This document shows, one piece after another, positions 11,225-24,492 of a DNA stretch of 64,000 nt. Origin of the DNA: an uncultured delta proteobacterium (GTDB lineage: Bacteria > Desulfobacterota > Desulfomonilia > UBA1062); contig CAVVYZ010000017.1 of NCBI GenBank assembly GCA_963752595.1, forward strand, positions 213,432-277,431, given 5' to 3'. The notes beneath the pieces were generated by a model that ran no database searches, was not told the DNA's origin, and worked only from the letters and a program-made list of their open reading frames with translations. Every line of letters starts with the position of its first letter. Position 1 is the first letter of the stretch. The translations under genes were made by a program, and so were the position numbers.

Positions 11225-12247
11225 TCATGAATCCACGAACACTCCCGGAATCTCCCGACCGCAAGTAGAACAGCGGCCATGCTCCATGTGCATCTCCATT
11301 ATTCCGGTACCATACTGTCTTTTCAAGACGGTCTTCCGGCAGTTCGGGCAGGTGATGTCCATGGATTCACCCGGAATGTTGCCGGTATAGACAAAGAGAA
11401 GCCCTTGGGCTTTGCCGATTTCATAGGCTTCGAGCATCTTCTCAAGCGGGGTGGACCCGGTGCCGGTTGCCTTGTATGAGGGGAAGAACCTGCTTATATG
11501 CCAGGGAATAGCAGGGTCGATACGTGCGATGAATGAGGCGATATCCGTAAGCTCCTCCCGGCTGTCATTGGAGCCAGGGACGATGAGTGTGGTAATCTCG
11601 ATCCAGATATCGCTTTCCCCCACCATCCGGATCATATCGAGAACAGGCTGCAGCCGGGCTTTGCATGTGCTCCGGTAGAATTTATCACGAAAAGATTTGA
11701 GGTCGATATTGCAGGCATCGAGATGTGGATGGATAACCTCCAGGGCTTCCTGTGTCATATATCCGTTGGATACGAAGATATTATATAAGCCGTTTTCATG
11801 TGCCATTCGTGCGGTATCGAAGGCATACTCGAAGAAGATCGTCGGCTCGGTATAGGTATAGGAAATGCTTTTGCACTCCAAGGCCTTGGTATTCTCGATA
11901 ATCTCTTCAGGGCTGAGCCTGAAAACAGGCACCTGATCTCCTTTTTCCTTTGAGACTTGGGAAATTCTCCAGTTCTGGCAGAAGTCGCAACGGAAATTGC
12001 AGCCGAAAGCTGCTATGGAAAAGGTGTTCGTACCCGGGAGAAAGTGGTAGAGGGGTTTCTTCTCCACCGGGTCGACGTTTGCGGCAACCGCTTCGCCGTA
12101 GACATAGGTATACAGAATCCCTGCCTGATTTTGGCGAACCCCGCAAACGCCATACCTCTGGTCTGCGATCCTGCACCGATGGCTGCACAGGCAGCAGTCG
12201 ACCTTTTCCCCCTCATCCCGGGTATACAGCATTGCCTCGTGGAGCAT
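11225..12247 (-). CDS. amrS: AmmeMemoRadiSam system radical SAM enzyme
   Basis: 340 aa. The N-terminal Cys cluster is VDCCLCSHRCRIADQRYGVCGVRQN. The radical SAM motif is GCNFRCDFCQNW. The C-terminal Cys motifs are CPNC...CSTCG. Confidence 0.8.
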   Translation of the reverse strand: MLHEAMLYTRDEGEKVDCCLCSHRCRIADQRYGVCGVRQNQAGILYTYVYGEAVAANVDPVEKKPLYHFLPGTNTFSIAAFGCNFRCDFCQNWRISQVSKEKGDQVPVFRLSPEEIIENTKALECKSISYTYTEPTIFFEYAFDTARMAHENGLYNIFVSNGYMTQEALEVIHPHLDACNIDLKSFRDKFYRSTCKARLQPVLDMIRMVGESDIWIEITTLIVPGSNDSREELTDIASFIARIDPAIPWHISRFFPSYKATGTGSTPLEKMLEAYEIGKAQGLLFVYTGNIPGESMDITCPNCRKTVLKRQYGTGIMEMHMEHGRCSTCGREIPGVFVDS

Positions 12248-12398
12248 TGCCTGTCTCCTTTACTTCCCCAAGGGAGTACATGAGCCCTTTGATTAATAAT
12301 AAGGGGACAGATCCACTTTCCCATTTCCCAATATTTTCAGATAGTAGAGGGGTATACCGATTCGCGGCTATTCGGCCCGGGGGCTGCAGAAAGAACTT

Positions 12399-12992
12399 TT
12401 AGAGTGCCACGAGGATGGCGGAGGACGGGATAACGCCTTCCCTGACGATGACTGGCGGCCAGGTGGTAAGGTCAATAAGTGTCGAGGGTTTCCCTCCCGG
12501 TGTCTGCCCGCCATCGAGGATTGCATCGATATCGAGGTTTCCGGCAGCGATTTCTTCCGGCGTGGTTGCAGGAGCTGTCCCTGAAGGGTTGGCAGAGGTT
12601 GAGGTAATGGGGCCGGCTGCCCTCGTGAGTGCAAGGGCCAGGGGATGGGGAGAAATGCGTAAGCCGACCTTTCCTCCCGGGGCAATGAGCGGATCGATTG
12701 TCTCTCTTGCCGGGAGCAGTGCGCTCAAGGGGCCGGGCCAGAAACGCCCCAGGAACTCTTTCTGCCGTTCATCAATCCCGGCTATGGCACATGCAGATTC
12801 CACATCGGGAACGAGCACGATCATGCCCTTGGAAGCATCCCTTCTCTTGGCGTTCACGATCCGCAGCACCCCGTCGTGATCATCGATGCGTGATCCCAGG
12901 CCGTAGAAGGTTTCCGTTGGGTAGGCGACAACCGAACCGTGCCTGTGAATAAGGATGGATGCTATTTCGGATGCATCAGGGGTGATATGCAT
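12399..12992 (-). CDS. tsaC: L-threonylcarbamoyladenylate synthase (YrdC/Sua5 family)
   Basis: 197 aa with VVAYPTETFYGLG and SANPSG motifs. Confidence 0.85.
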   Translation of the reverse strand: MHITPDASEIASILIHRHGSVVAYPTETFYGLGSRIDDHDGVLRIVNAKRRDASKGMIVLVPDVESACAIAGIDERQKEFLGRFWPGPLSALLPARETIDPLIAPGGKVGLRISPHPLALALTRAAGPITSTSANPSGTAPATTPEEIAAGNLDIDAILDGGQTPGGKPSTLIDLTTWPPVIVREGVIPSSAILVAL

Positions 12993-12994
12993 CT

Positions 12995-13483
12995 TTAGAG
13001 CTTCTTGATACTCTCGTCCGCTTCCAGTACGGTCTTCTTCATGTCCTTCCGGTACATGATGAGCTTCTCCTGAAGGCCGGGCTGGGCAAGCGAGAGAATT
13101 TCCACTGCCAAGAGGCCTGCATTTTTTGCACCGGCCTTGCCGATCCCCATGGTTGCAACAGGGATTCCTGGAGGCATCTGGACCATCGAGAGCAGGGCAT
13201 CCATGCCGTTTAAAGATGAAGAATCGATGGGAACGGCAATGACCGGCAGTGTGGTATGCGCAGCGATCACACCTGCCAGGTGGGCCGACATGCCTGCGCC
13301 TGCTATGAGGAGGGAGAAGCCGTCATCGTGCGCGGTTCTGCTGAAATCCGCAACCTCGTCCGGCGTCCGATGGGCCGAGAGGATCCGCATTTCAAATGGT
13401 ATGCCGAACTGGCGCAAAATAGCGGAGCACTCTTCCATGACCGGGAGGTCCGATTTGCTTCCCATGAGAATGGCTACTTTCAT
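12995..13483 (-). CDS. purE: 5-(carboxyamino)imidazole ribonucleotide mutase
   Basis: 162 aa with MGSKSDLPVM, SAHRTPD and GAGMSAHLAGV motifs. Confidence 0.95.
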   Translation of the reverse strand: MKVAILMGSKSDLPVMEECSAILRQFGIPFEMRILSAHRTPDEVADFSRTAHDDGFSLLIAGAGMSAHLAGVIAAHTTLPVIAVPIDSSSLNGMDALLSMVQMPPGIPVATMGIGKAGAKNAGLLAVEILSLAQPGLQEKLIMYRKDMKKTVLEADESIKKL

Positions 13484-13492
13484 GCCAACCTC

Positions 13493-14766
<1,274 letters not shown>

Positions 14767-14779
14767 GGGAGCTCTCCCC

Positions 14780-16354
14780 TAGTGCCTGAAGTGGCGCATA
14801 CCGGTAAAGATCATGGCCATATCTGTGCTCGTTCGCTGCATCGATGACTTCCTGGTCCCTCACCGAGCCTCCCGGCTGGACAACCGCAGTAGCTCCTGCC
14901 TTGGCAGCCTCGTCGATGCCGTCCCTGAACGGGAAGAACGCATCGGAGGCAACCACGGAGCCTTTCGTGGAAAGGCCTGCATTGGCGGCCTTTATCGATG
15001 GCGAGCGCGAGGAGTCCACCCTGCTCATCTGTCCGGCACCGACGCCGATGAGCTGATCTTTGGTGGCATAGATGACGGCATTCGATTTGACGTATTTCAC
15101 GATCTTCCAGGCGAATTTCAGGGCCTCCATCTCTTCAGCGGTGGGTGCGCGCTTGGTGACCACCTGTGCCTTTTCCAGATCGATGTCTCCCAGGTCGCGG
15201 TCCTGCAGCAGAAGGCCACCGGTAACCCTGCGGATGAATCAGTCTGTTTTTTGCTGACCCCCTTGCGTAATGTCGGGAACCTTCAGAAGCCGGATATTTT
15301 TCTTCTGGCGTCGAGGATGGCCAGAGCTTCCTTTGTATAGTCGGGTGCAATGACCACCTCGGTGAACACATCGCCGATAGCCCTGGCAGTATCGGCATCC
15401 ACGGTCCTGTTCAGGCCCACGATACCGCCGAAGGCGGAGACTGTATCCACGGAAATGCATTTTTGTATGCATCTGCGAGCGATTTCTCCGACTGGGCGGC
15501 GCCGCAGGGATTGCGAATGCTTCAGGATCACGCATGCCGGATTATCGAATTCCATGATGAGATCGAGTGCGGCGTCGGCGTCCATGATGTTGTTGTACGA
15601 GAGCTCCTTTCCCCAGAGCTGTTCCGCATTGGAAATGGAAGGCTGGTCACGGACGTTCGCTGTAGAAGGCTGCCTTCTGGTGCGGGTTCTCTCCATAGCG
15701 CATGATCTGCCTGCGCTTGTACTGCACCGTATAGGTCAGCGGGAAACTGCCCTTCCTCCACATCGATGCCCTGAAGGTAATTGGATATGGCCGCATCATA
15801 GCGGGCGGTCAGCGAGAAGGCGTTCCGTGGCAAGCTCGAAATTGGTCTTCTCGCTGACGGAGCCGCCGGTGCTCTTCATCTCTTCGATGATGCTTCGCAT
15901 AGTCGGCCAGGATCGGTGACCACGGACACATATTTATAATTTTTCGATGCTGCCCGTCACCATGGCAGGCCCGCCGATATCGATATTCTCGATGGCGTGT
16001 TCCAGCGATGCGCCTTTGGCAACCGTCTCCTCGAAGCGGTACAGGTTGACCACGAGCATGTCGATGGGCTTGATGCCCTGCTTTTTCATGGACTCAACAT
16101 GCTCGGCATTATCTCTGATGGCGAGCATGCCGCCATGGACCTTGGGATGCAGGGTCTTCAGCCTGCCGTCCATCATTTCCGGGAACCCGGTAAAGTCGGA
16201 GATGTCGACGACCTTGATGCCGTTTTCCTGCAAGACCTTGGCTGTTCCGCCGGTGGAGATGATTTCAACGCCGAATGATGCAAGTTCCTTAACAAAATCG
16301 GCGAGTCCCCCCTTATCGGTAACACTGATCAATGCCCTGTCCAATTTTCGGCAT
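14780..16354 (-). pseudogene. purH: Bifunctional IMP cyclohydrolase / AICAR transformylase; frame broken several times
   Basis: The MGS-like N-terminal domain is in 15934..16344. The likely true ATG is at 16354, after AAAGGAG, one frame off. Further PurH segments lie in 15528..15833, 15283..15696 and 15239..15535 (KKNIRLLKV), and in the N-terminal part of 13991..15163 ([10 protein letters not shown]...VQPGGSVRD). The last residues, [11 protein letters not shown]-stop, lie in yet another frame and end at 14780. Confidence 0.85.
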
Positions 16355-16536
16355 AATTGCTCCTTTCGCAGATGTATTCAAAAAGAGAATAACAGGCGGT
16401 TAATGAAGAATTAATTGTTACTCGCCCCGTTAAACCCCACTCTTTGCATATAATACCAGGTAAGGAACGGGACTATCCTCTCAAAAAGCCCCGATATCAA
16501 GATAGCCGATGTGTCTCAACGTGGTTCTTCACCTCT

Positions 16537-17037
16537 TCACCGGAAATATCGCCCGAGATCATCCCGTCCCTCAGGCGGGTGATCCTGTAAAAGAGCCTGT
16601 CTCTCATGGATGCGTCTTCGACACAGTGCGGATACGTACCGGCTCATTTCAGCAAAAAGGCTCTCCATATCCATGAGGCCCGGCGTGCTGGTGCTCTCGG
16701 ACTCCAGTTCATCGATCAGGGAAGAAAGGAACGATCTGGCATCCTCCAGACCCAGCCTGTACGTCTCTTCAACGACGATCTCCCCAAATCTTCCAGGAAC
16801 GAGGTAGTAAAATTCGATGGCATGGAATTCCTGAACATAGGGATGTTCATCGCCCAGGATCTTGGCAAGGATGGAATCGGCCCTTTCCTTCCAATCAAGG
16901 CTTGGCTCCTTTTCGAGAGGGTCCATCAGCAGACCGTTCACTTCTTCGAACAGGTCCTTGATAAGGACTATATATTTGCTGATGCTGCGATTCATTTTCA
17001 TGATGCTATCATACACACCGAGACGGGATACGGTCAA
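16537..17037 (-). CDS. Hypothetical protein
   Basis: 166-aa ORF on the same strand as purH and upstream of it. I recognised no motif. The start could be the internal MKMNRS codon (about 16998). The C-terminal approximately 30 aa look compositionally odd and may hide an indel. Confidence 0.35.
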   Translation of the reverse strand: MTVSRLGVYDSIMKMNRSISKYIVLIKDLFEEVNGLLMDPLEKEPSLDWKERADSILAKILGDEHPYVQEFHAIEFYYLVPGRFGEIVVEETYRLGLEDARSFLSSLIDELESESTSTPGLMDMESLFAEMSRYVSALCRRRIHERQALLQDHPPEGRDDLGRYFR

Positions 17038-17076
17038 GCCTGTTCATTGGGTTCGATTCATGATACTATAACTTTT

Positions 17077-17787
17077 ATGTGCCATGAAAATATCGAGTAT
17101 TTACTCAGAGACAAAGACGTGCTGAAGGAACATATCAGGAGTATTTTGAGCTCGCGCCGGAGGAAGGTGATTCCCAGGGGAGACTTGAGGGAGTCGGCAG
17201 TCCTCCTTCCCCTTTCCTGGGAAGGAGACGAGCCGTCGATTCTCGTTACCAAGCGATCCATGACCGTCGAGCATCATAAGGGGGAAATATCCTTTCCTGG
17301 AGGAAGGGCGGAGGAAATCGACAAGGACCTCATTTTCACCGCACTGCGGGAGGCGGAAGAGGAGATCGGGCTTCAACCGGATGACGTAGAGATCCTGGGC
17401 CTTCTGGATGACCATATCTCCATTGTCGGGTTCCATATCACCCCCGTGGTCGGCGCCGTCCCCAACCCCTATACTTACACGATCAACTCGGAATCCGAGG
17501 TTCTGCTGTGCATTCCCCTCTCGGCAGCCTTGAGCGATACGGCATGGATGGCCGAGAAGACAACCTTCATGGGCAGAGAGATTCATATTTATTATCTGGA
17601 AATCGATGGGGGTGTCGTCTGGGGAGCGACCGGCAGGATGATCAAGCACTTTGCAGACCTCATAGCAGGAAAGACCATGCCCTTCTCGGCCGTATCGCAG
17701 AAGGCAAAATCCTGGGTGCGGGATCTCCTGGTGCAGCAGGCAGGATACAGCAAGGAGTCAGAGTTCAGGAATCAGGGCTCAGAGTAA
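17077..17787 (+). CDS. Nudix hydrolase, CoA pyrophosphatase type
   Basis: This is the C-terminal part of ORF 16606..17787, starting at ATG 17077. It has ILVTKRS...HKGEISFPGG and the Nudix box GGRAEEIDKDLIFTALREAEEEIGL. Confidence 0.8.
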   Translation: MCHENIEYLLRDKDVLKEHIRSILSSRRRKVIPRGDLRESAVLLPLSWEGDEPSILVTKRSMTVEHHKGEISFPGGRAEEIDKDLIFTALREAEEEIGLQPDDVEILGLLDDHISIVGFHITPVVGAVPNPYTYTINSESEVLLCIPLSAALSDTAWMAEKTTFMGREIHIYYLEIDGGVVWGATGRMIKHFADLIAGKTMPFSAVSQKAKSWVRDLLVQQAGYSKESEFRNQGSE

Positions 17788-18087
17788 GTAGGGCGGCGTG
17801 ACATCGGAATGCTGGGGCGGCCCATGCTGCAATGGGTATTTTTTGTTTCCGGGAGAAGACACGCTTTTCTTGACGAAGAGATGCCGCTCAAGAGCTTATA
17901 TTTAGTGATATCAAACAATTCCTTAAGTGATACTCTATTATTCCGATGAAGATGTGTATGGAGAGGCGCTGGGATACGCGATAGGCCGGATTCCTTGGAG
18001 GGCTAACCGCTTTGAAGAGCGTCATCTATAAAGAGAAGAGAGCCGCGCAAGGCTGGTTCTCCGGTATCTCCGGCATCTCCATGATTT

Positions 18088-18991
18088 TCACCTCGCTATG
18101 GATCTTCCGGTCAGAATCTCATAAGCCGCCAGATATTTCTGAGATGTCTTCTGAATGACCTCTTCGGGCAGTTTCGGGCCCGGGAGCTGTCTTGTTCCAG
18201 GCAAGGGTTTCCAGATAGTCTCTCACGAACTGTTTGTCGAAGCTGGGCTGAGGTCCGCCCGGCTTATAGACGTCCTTGGGCCAGAAACTTGAAGAGTCAG
18301 GAGTCAGGGCTTCATCTATGAATATCAGCTCGCCATCCATGATCCCGAATTCGAACTTCGTATCTGCAATGATGATACCCTTCTTCAGTGCGTGTTCGGA
18401 TGCCATCTTATAGATGGCGAGCGAGATGTCCCGGACCTCTTCATGAGGCTTTCCCCCACGAGATCTTTTGCCTGTCTCGAAGCTGATGTTTTCATCATGC
18501 TGCCCCTGCTCGGCCTTGGTGGACGGTGTAAAGATAGGCTCCGGAAGCTTGTCCGATTCCTTCATGCCCTTAGGAAGCCTATCCCGGAGATGGAGCCGCT
18601 GCTTTGATATTCCTTCCATCCCGAGCCCGAGATATAGCCTCGCACGATACATTCGACCGGCAGCGGCTTTGACTTTTTACCAGCATGGACCTTCCCTTGA
18701 GCCGCGCATCTCCTTTGAAGGGATCAGGATATTTATTCACGTCCGAGCGTCAGACATGATTCTCGATGAGGTGGAGGCCTATCCTGAACCAGAAGAGAGA
18801 GATCTGATTCAATACATGACCCTTTGCCGGGATAGGATCGGGCAGGACGACATCGAAGGCCGAGATGCTGATCTGTGGTCACAATCAGGAGATGGTCCTT
18901 GTCTGCCTCGAATATTTCCCGTACTTTTCCGCTGCCGATTTATTTTACTGCCGGGGATCGTATAATCGACAAGGTTTCCATAACTCCTCCT
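18088..18991 (-). pseudogene. purC: Phosphoribosylaminoimidazole-succinocarboxamide synthase; frameshifted
   Basis: The start is ATG 18991, after GGAGGAG. GKVREIFE and DRISAFD-type segments, the core fragment 18119..18652 ([10 protein letters not shown]...[11 protein letters not shown]) and the C-terminal [22 protein letters not shown] (stop at 18088) sit in different frames. Confidence 0.85.
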
Positions 18992-19208
18992 CTGTGGAAA
19001 AGTAAGGCGGATAAGATGCCAAAAAAGTATTGAAAAAGTCAATAGCCTAGTATAAATTGTGCTGCCCTTATAGGGGAGAAAGCTCGAAGAGCATCTTTAA
19101 TGCCTGACAGTAGGAAGGCTTGCGGGATGAAAGCCGATGCATAATGTCCTTGAGTTTTCTGTTACGGATGAATAATACAGTGGTGAATTCACAAGCAACG
19201 AGGCAGCA

Positions 19209-20607
19209 ATGTCAGAGATTTCTGAAGGGAATATGCCCGAAGTTCGGAGCGGGCTGGTTTTGCGTGCATCAGGTGCGGGCGGCGCTACGATATCTATGAT
19301 TTCATCTATACCTGTCCTGCTTGCAGATCCCTTCTGAAGATAGAGAATACCTTAAGCTTTGAGAGTACAAGGATGTTTCCCCTGAAACCTGGAAAGAGAC
19401 CTTTGATGCCAGGAAGAAACTCGAGCGTTCTGGAACTTTCAGGGCATTTTCCGCTTCCACGAATTGATACTGCCCTTTATTCCCGTCTACGGATATCATC
19501 TATCTGGGAGAAGGGCAGACTCCGATCGTCAGGGCGAATCCCGAGCTGAGCGAGTGGGTGGGGGCCCCCTTCCTATGTCAAGAATGACGGCCTCAACCCG
19601 TCGGCGAGCTTCAAGGACAGGGGCATGGCGTCTGCCATCAGTTATCCTGAACCATGTCATCCGGGTGAAAAACCTGGACAATGTTCTCGGCATCTGTGCC
19701 TCCACCGGTGATACCTCGGCGGCGGCAGCACTGTACCTGAGCTATCTGCCCAAATCCAAGGTCTCGGCAGTGGTATTGCTTCCCAAGGGCAAGGTGACCA
19801 ACCAGCAGCTTTCCCAGCCGCTCGGCTCCGGCGCCCGGGTGATCGAGATGCCGGGCGTCTTCGATGACTGTATGAGCGTGGTGGAGGAGTTGGCGCAGGA
19901 TTATCATGTGTTCCTTCTGAATTCCAAGAATCCGGTTCGTATACTTGGGACAGAAATCATATGCCTATGAGATAGCCCAGCAGATGAGCTGGTCCACCGA
20001 AGACCTGGCCGTGATTGTGCCCATCGGGAATGCCGGCAACATCACCGCCGTCATGGAGGGGTTCATGGACCTGTACGAGCTGGGCATCATAAAAAAGCTC
20101 CCGACTATACTCGGGCGTGCAGAGCCACCATGCCGACCCGGTTTCCCGCTGGCGGAAATCAGGAGAGTTTGCACCCATGAAGGTGAGCCCGTCCGTCGCG
20201 CAGGCTGCCATGATCGGGGATCCCGTCTCATTTCCCAAGGTCAGACAGCTGGTGGAAAGATACTATGACGACCGGTTCTTCGTCATATCGGTAACGGAGA
20301 ACGAGATCATGGAAGGGATGCTCAATGCCAACAGGCACGGCCATGTGGTATGCACCCAGGGAGGGGAATCCATAGCGGGGCTGAAACGGGCTTTGAAGGA
20401 AGGATGATACCGGATACCGGGCAGTTCGTGGTGGACTCCACCTCGCATCAGCTGAAGTTCGCATCCTTCCAGCAGATGTATTTCGATGACGGATTTACCC
20501 CTGAATACGGCATCATGACGAGAAAGGAGCTTAAGAACAGCCCGATCACGCTTGAAGGCGGGGCATCGACCATAGCCGGATTCCTTGGCCTGAAAAGAAA
20601 GAATTAA
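19209..20607 (+). pseudogene. thrC: Threonine synthase; multiple frameshifts
   Basis: There is an N-terminal Zn-ribbon-like segment (YTCPACRSLL in a shifted frame) and a PLP-lysine motif GLNPSASFKDRG. Further ThrC segments lie in 19945..20268 (AVIVPIGNAGNITA), 20117..20407 and 20350..20607. Confidence 0.8.
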
Positions 20608-20711
20608 CGCTGCAGAATATGAAAGAAGCGGTCCCGGGATAAACACAATGTCCGGATGTAATTGGATTTTATAAATGGTGAATAATTCAAGAACAATAGG
20701 AGGGTCAACGC

Positions 20712-21882
20712 ATGAGTGAACAGAAATTTTTTATTTTCTTCCGAGTCAGTAACGGAAGGGCATCCCGACAAGGTAGCAGACAACATTTCCGATGCAATAC
20801 TCGATGATATCATTGCCAATGACAAAAATGCTCATGTGGCATGCGAGACCATGGTTACAACAGGTCTTGATAATCGTTTCCGGCGAGATAACCACCACCC
20901 ATCATATCGATGTGCAGCGCATTGCCCGGCAGACGGTAAAAGAGATCGGTTATACCGAAGCGGTCATGGGATTCAGCTGGAATACCTGCGGGGTCATGGT
21001 GGCCCTCGACCGGCAGTCTCCCGATATCAATCAGGGCGTGCAGGAAGGCGAGGGGCTTTTCAAGGAGCAGGGGGCCGGCGACCAGGGCATGATGTTCGGG
21101 TTTGCCTGTGACGAGACCGATGTGCTCATGCCTGCGCCTATCTACTATGCGCATCACCTCACCAAAGCCCTGGCCGATACAAGGAAAAGCGGGGTTCTGG
21201 AATTCCTGAGACCCGACGGCAAATCACAGGTCAGCGTACAGTATGAGGATGGGAAGCCCAAGCGGATCGACAATATCGTCATCGCATCGCAGCACGATGA
21301 AGATGTGACATACGACGCCGTCAAAGAAGGCATCATGGAAGAGGTCATCAAGAAGCAGATTCCCGCCTCCCTGCTGGATAAAAAAACCAAGTACTACATC
21401 AATGCCACCGGCCGGTTTCGTGCTCGGCGGGCCCCATGCCGACTGCGGGCTCACCGGCCGTAAGATCATCGTGGATACCTACGGCGGATTCGCCAGCCAT
21501 GGCGGCGGTGCATTTTCCGGCAAAGACCCGTCCAAGGTCGACCGCTCGGCAGCATACATGGCCCGCTACGTGGCCAAGAACATCGTTGCGGCAGGGCTGG
21601 CCAATAAGTGCGTCGTTCAGCTTGCCTATGCCATCGGCGTTGCAGATCCTGTATCCGTCATGGTGGACACCTACGGGACCGGCAAGATCTCTGATGAAAA
21701 GCTGGCAGACCTGGTGCGAGAGGTGTTCCCGCTGAAGCCGAAGGGCATCATAGACCAGCTCGATCTTCTGAGGCCCATCTTCAAGAAGACAGCGGCATAT
21801 GGCCATTTCGGAAGGACACGAGCCTGAATTTTCCTGGGAAAAGACCGATAAGGTGGATATACTGAAGGACAAGGCGGTGTGA
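20712..21882 (+). pseudogene. metK: S-adenosylmethionine synthase; at least three frameshifts
   Basis: [55 protein letters not shown] and [16 protein letters not shown] are spread over three frames (20716.., 20792.., 21402..). The C-terminal [16 protein letters not shown] is in a fourth segment ending at 21882. Confidence 0.9.
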
Positions 21883-21884
21883 TA

Positions 21885-23342
<1,458 letters not shown>

Positions 23343-23401
23343 GCAGGCGATCAAAAGAAATAAAAGGCTGTCCTGCCGGCAGAAATGCCGGCGGCCTTTC
23401 T

Positions 23402-24261
23402 CTACATGCTTATCGATCTATTCGCCGGGCGTCGAGCCAGGTGCGGAGGTCTGCGAGAACTTTGCCCGGTCAGCCGGGAGCTCGTTATAGACCTCATGCT
23501 TGAGGCCCTCGTAGACTTCAGTGTCTTGTCCGTGGCGCCGATGGTTTCAAGCAGATCCTTCTGTCCGGAAAAGGCGGTATCTTCAGAACCGTGCAGGATG
23601 AGCACCGGACTGGTTATGCGCCCTGCATTCGCAGCCGCCGCTCAACAGTAAATTTGTTCATCTCATTCTGCCAGTCGCGGGGTAATGACGTTATAGACGA
23701 GCGGATCGTTTACATATGCCTTCACCACCTCCGGATCCCGGGAGATGAATTCCGGCGGCAGCGGTGATTTCACATGGATCTTCGGGAGGATATTGGCAAG
23801 TACCTTGGTGAGGGCGATGATGAACCTTGCTGATACGCCCGGCTGCCCGGCTGAGAGCCGGTGCCGGAGAGCACGATGGCCTTGATTCCCTCCGGGAACT
23901 GCTCGCATAATTGAGGGTGATAAGGCTGCCCATGGAATGCCCCACGAGTAAGTAGGGGACATCGGGCAATGCCGGTTTGATCACCTCGAGTGCGAACTGT
24001 TTTTCATCATCGATATAATCCTGGAAGCTCTTCACATGTCCGCGCCTGCCGTCGCTTTTGCCATGGCCCCGGTGATCCGTTCCGAAGACGGCATAACCGG
24101 CCGGAAGCAGCTCATCCACAACGAATTCGCGTAGCGGTTGCGTGTTCCGCATAGCCATGGATGAGGTGGATGACTGACTTGGTTTTTCCATCGGGAATCC
24201 AGGCCTTCCAGTAGATGGATAACCCGTCTTTGGCATTCAATTTTCCTTCACGAATATTCAT
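23402..24261 (-). pseudogene. Alpha/beta hydrolase (lysophospholipase / monoacylglycerol lipase-like); frameshifted
   Basis: The N-terminus is MNIREGKLNAKDGLSIYWKAW...IHLIHGYAEH. HRGHGKSDG, the nucleophile elbow GHSMG and the C-terminal ILHGSEDT are spread across fragments in different frames. Confidence 0.7.
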
Positions 24262-24398
24262 GAGATTCCTCCTTACCCACGCTTTGAAATTACAATTCAA
24301 TCTGCAATAATAATCTTATTTATGGCATAAAACACTCGCTGAGGACAACCCGGTATTTTCCCTCGGAATGCAAAAATGGAAAAGAAATAGAAGATCTA

Positions 24399-24444
24399 TT
24401 GACAGTGTTAGTCACAAAGTATATAAGAATGAATGCTCATTCAT
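24399..24444 (+). promoter_or_regulatory. Sigma-70-type promoter with an overlapping palindromic operator, upstream of the acyl-CoA dehydrogenase
   Basis: TTGACA (24399-24404), 17 nt spacing, then TATAAG (24422-24427). It is followed immediately by the dyad ATGAATG-CT-CATTCAT (24429-24444). Confidence 0.45.
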
Positions 24445-24492
24445 AGGTCAGGGCAATGCTAGTATAACGACAATCTTGTAAGGAGGATATAT

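Noticed and set aside
17813-17827. Sigma-54-like motif TGGGGC-N5-ATGC on the plus strand after the Nudix gene
   Set aside because: Both elements are imperfect, and no plus-strand ORF follows. The same sequence more plausibly contributes to a weak terminator hairpin (CCCAT-GCTGCA-ATGGG followed by a T tract).
20608-20711. SAM riboswitch upstream of metK, or an SAH riboswitch upstream of ahcY
   Set aside because: The metK leader is only about 100 nt and lacks the conserved SAM-I or SAM-II core sequences that I can recognise. ahcY starts 2 nt after metK, which leaves no room for a leader.
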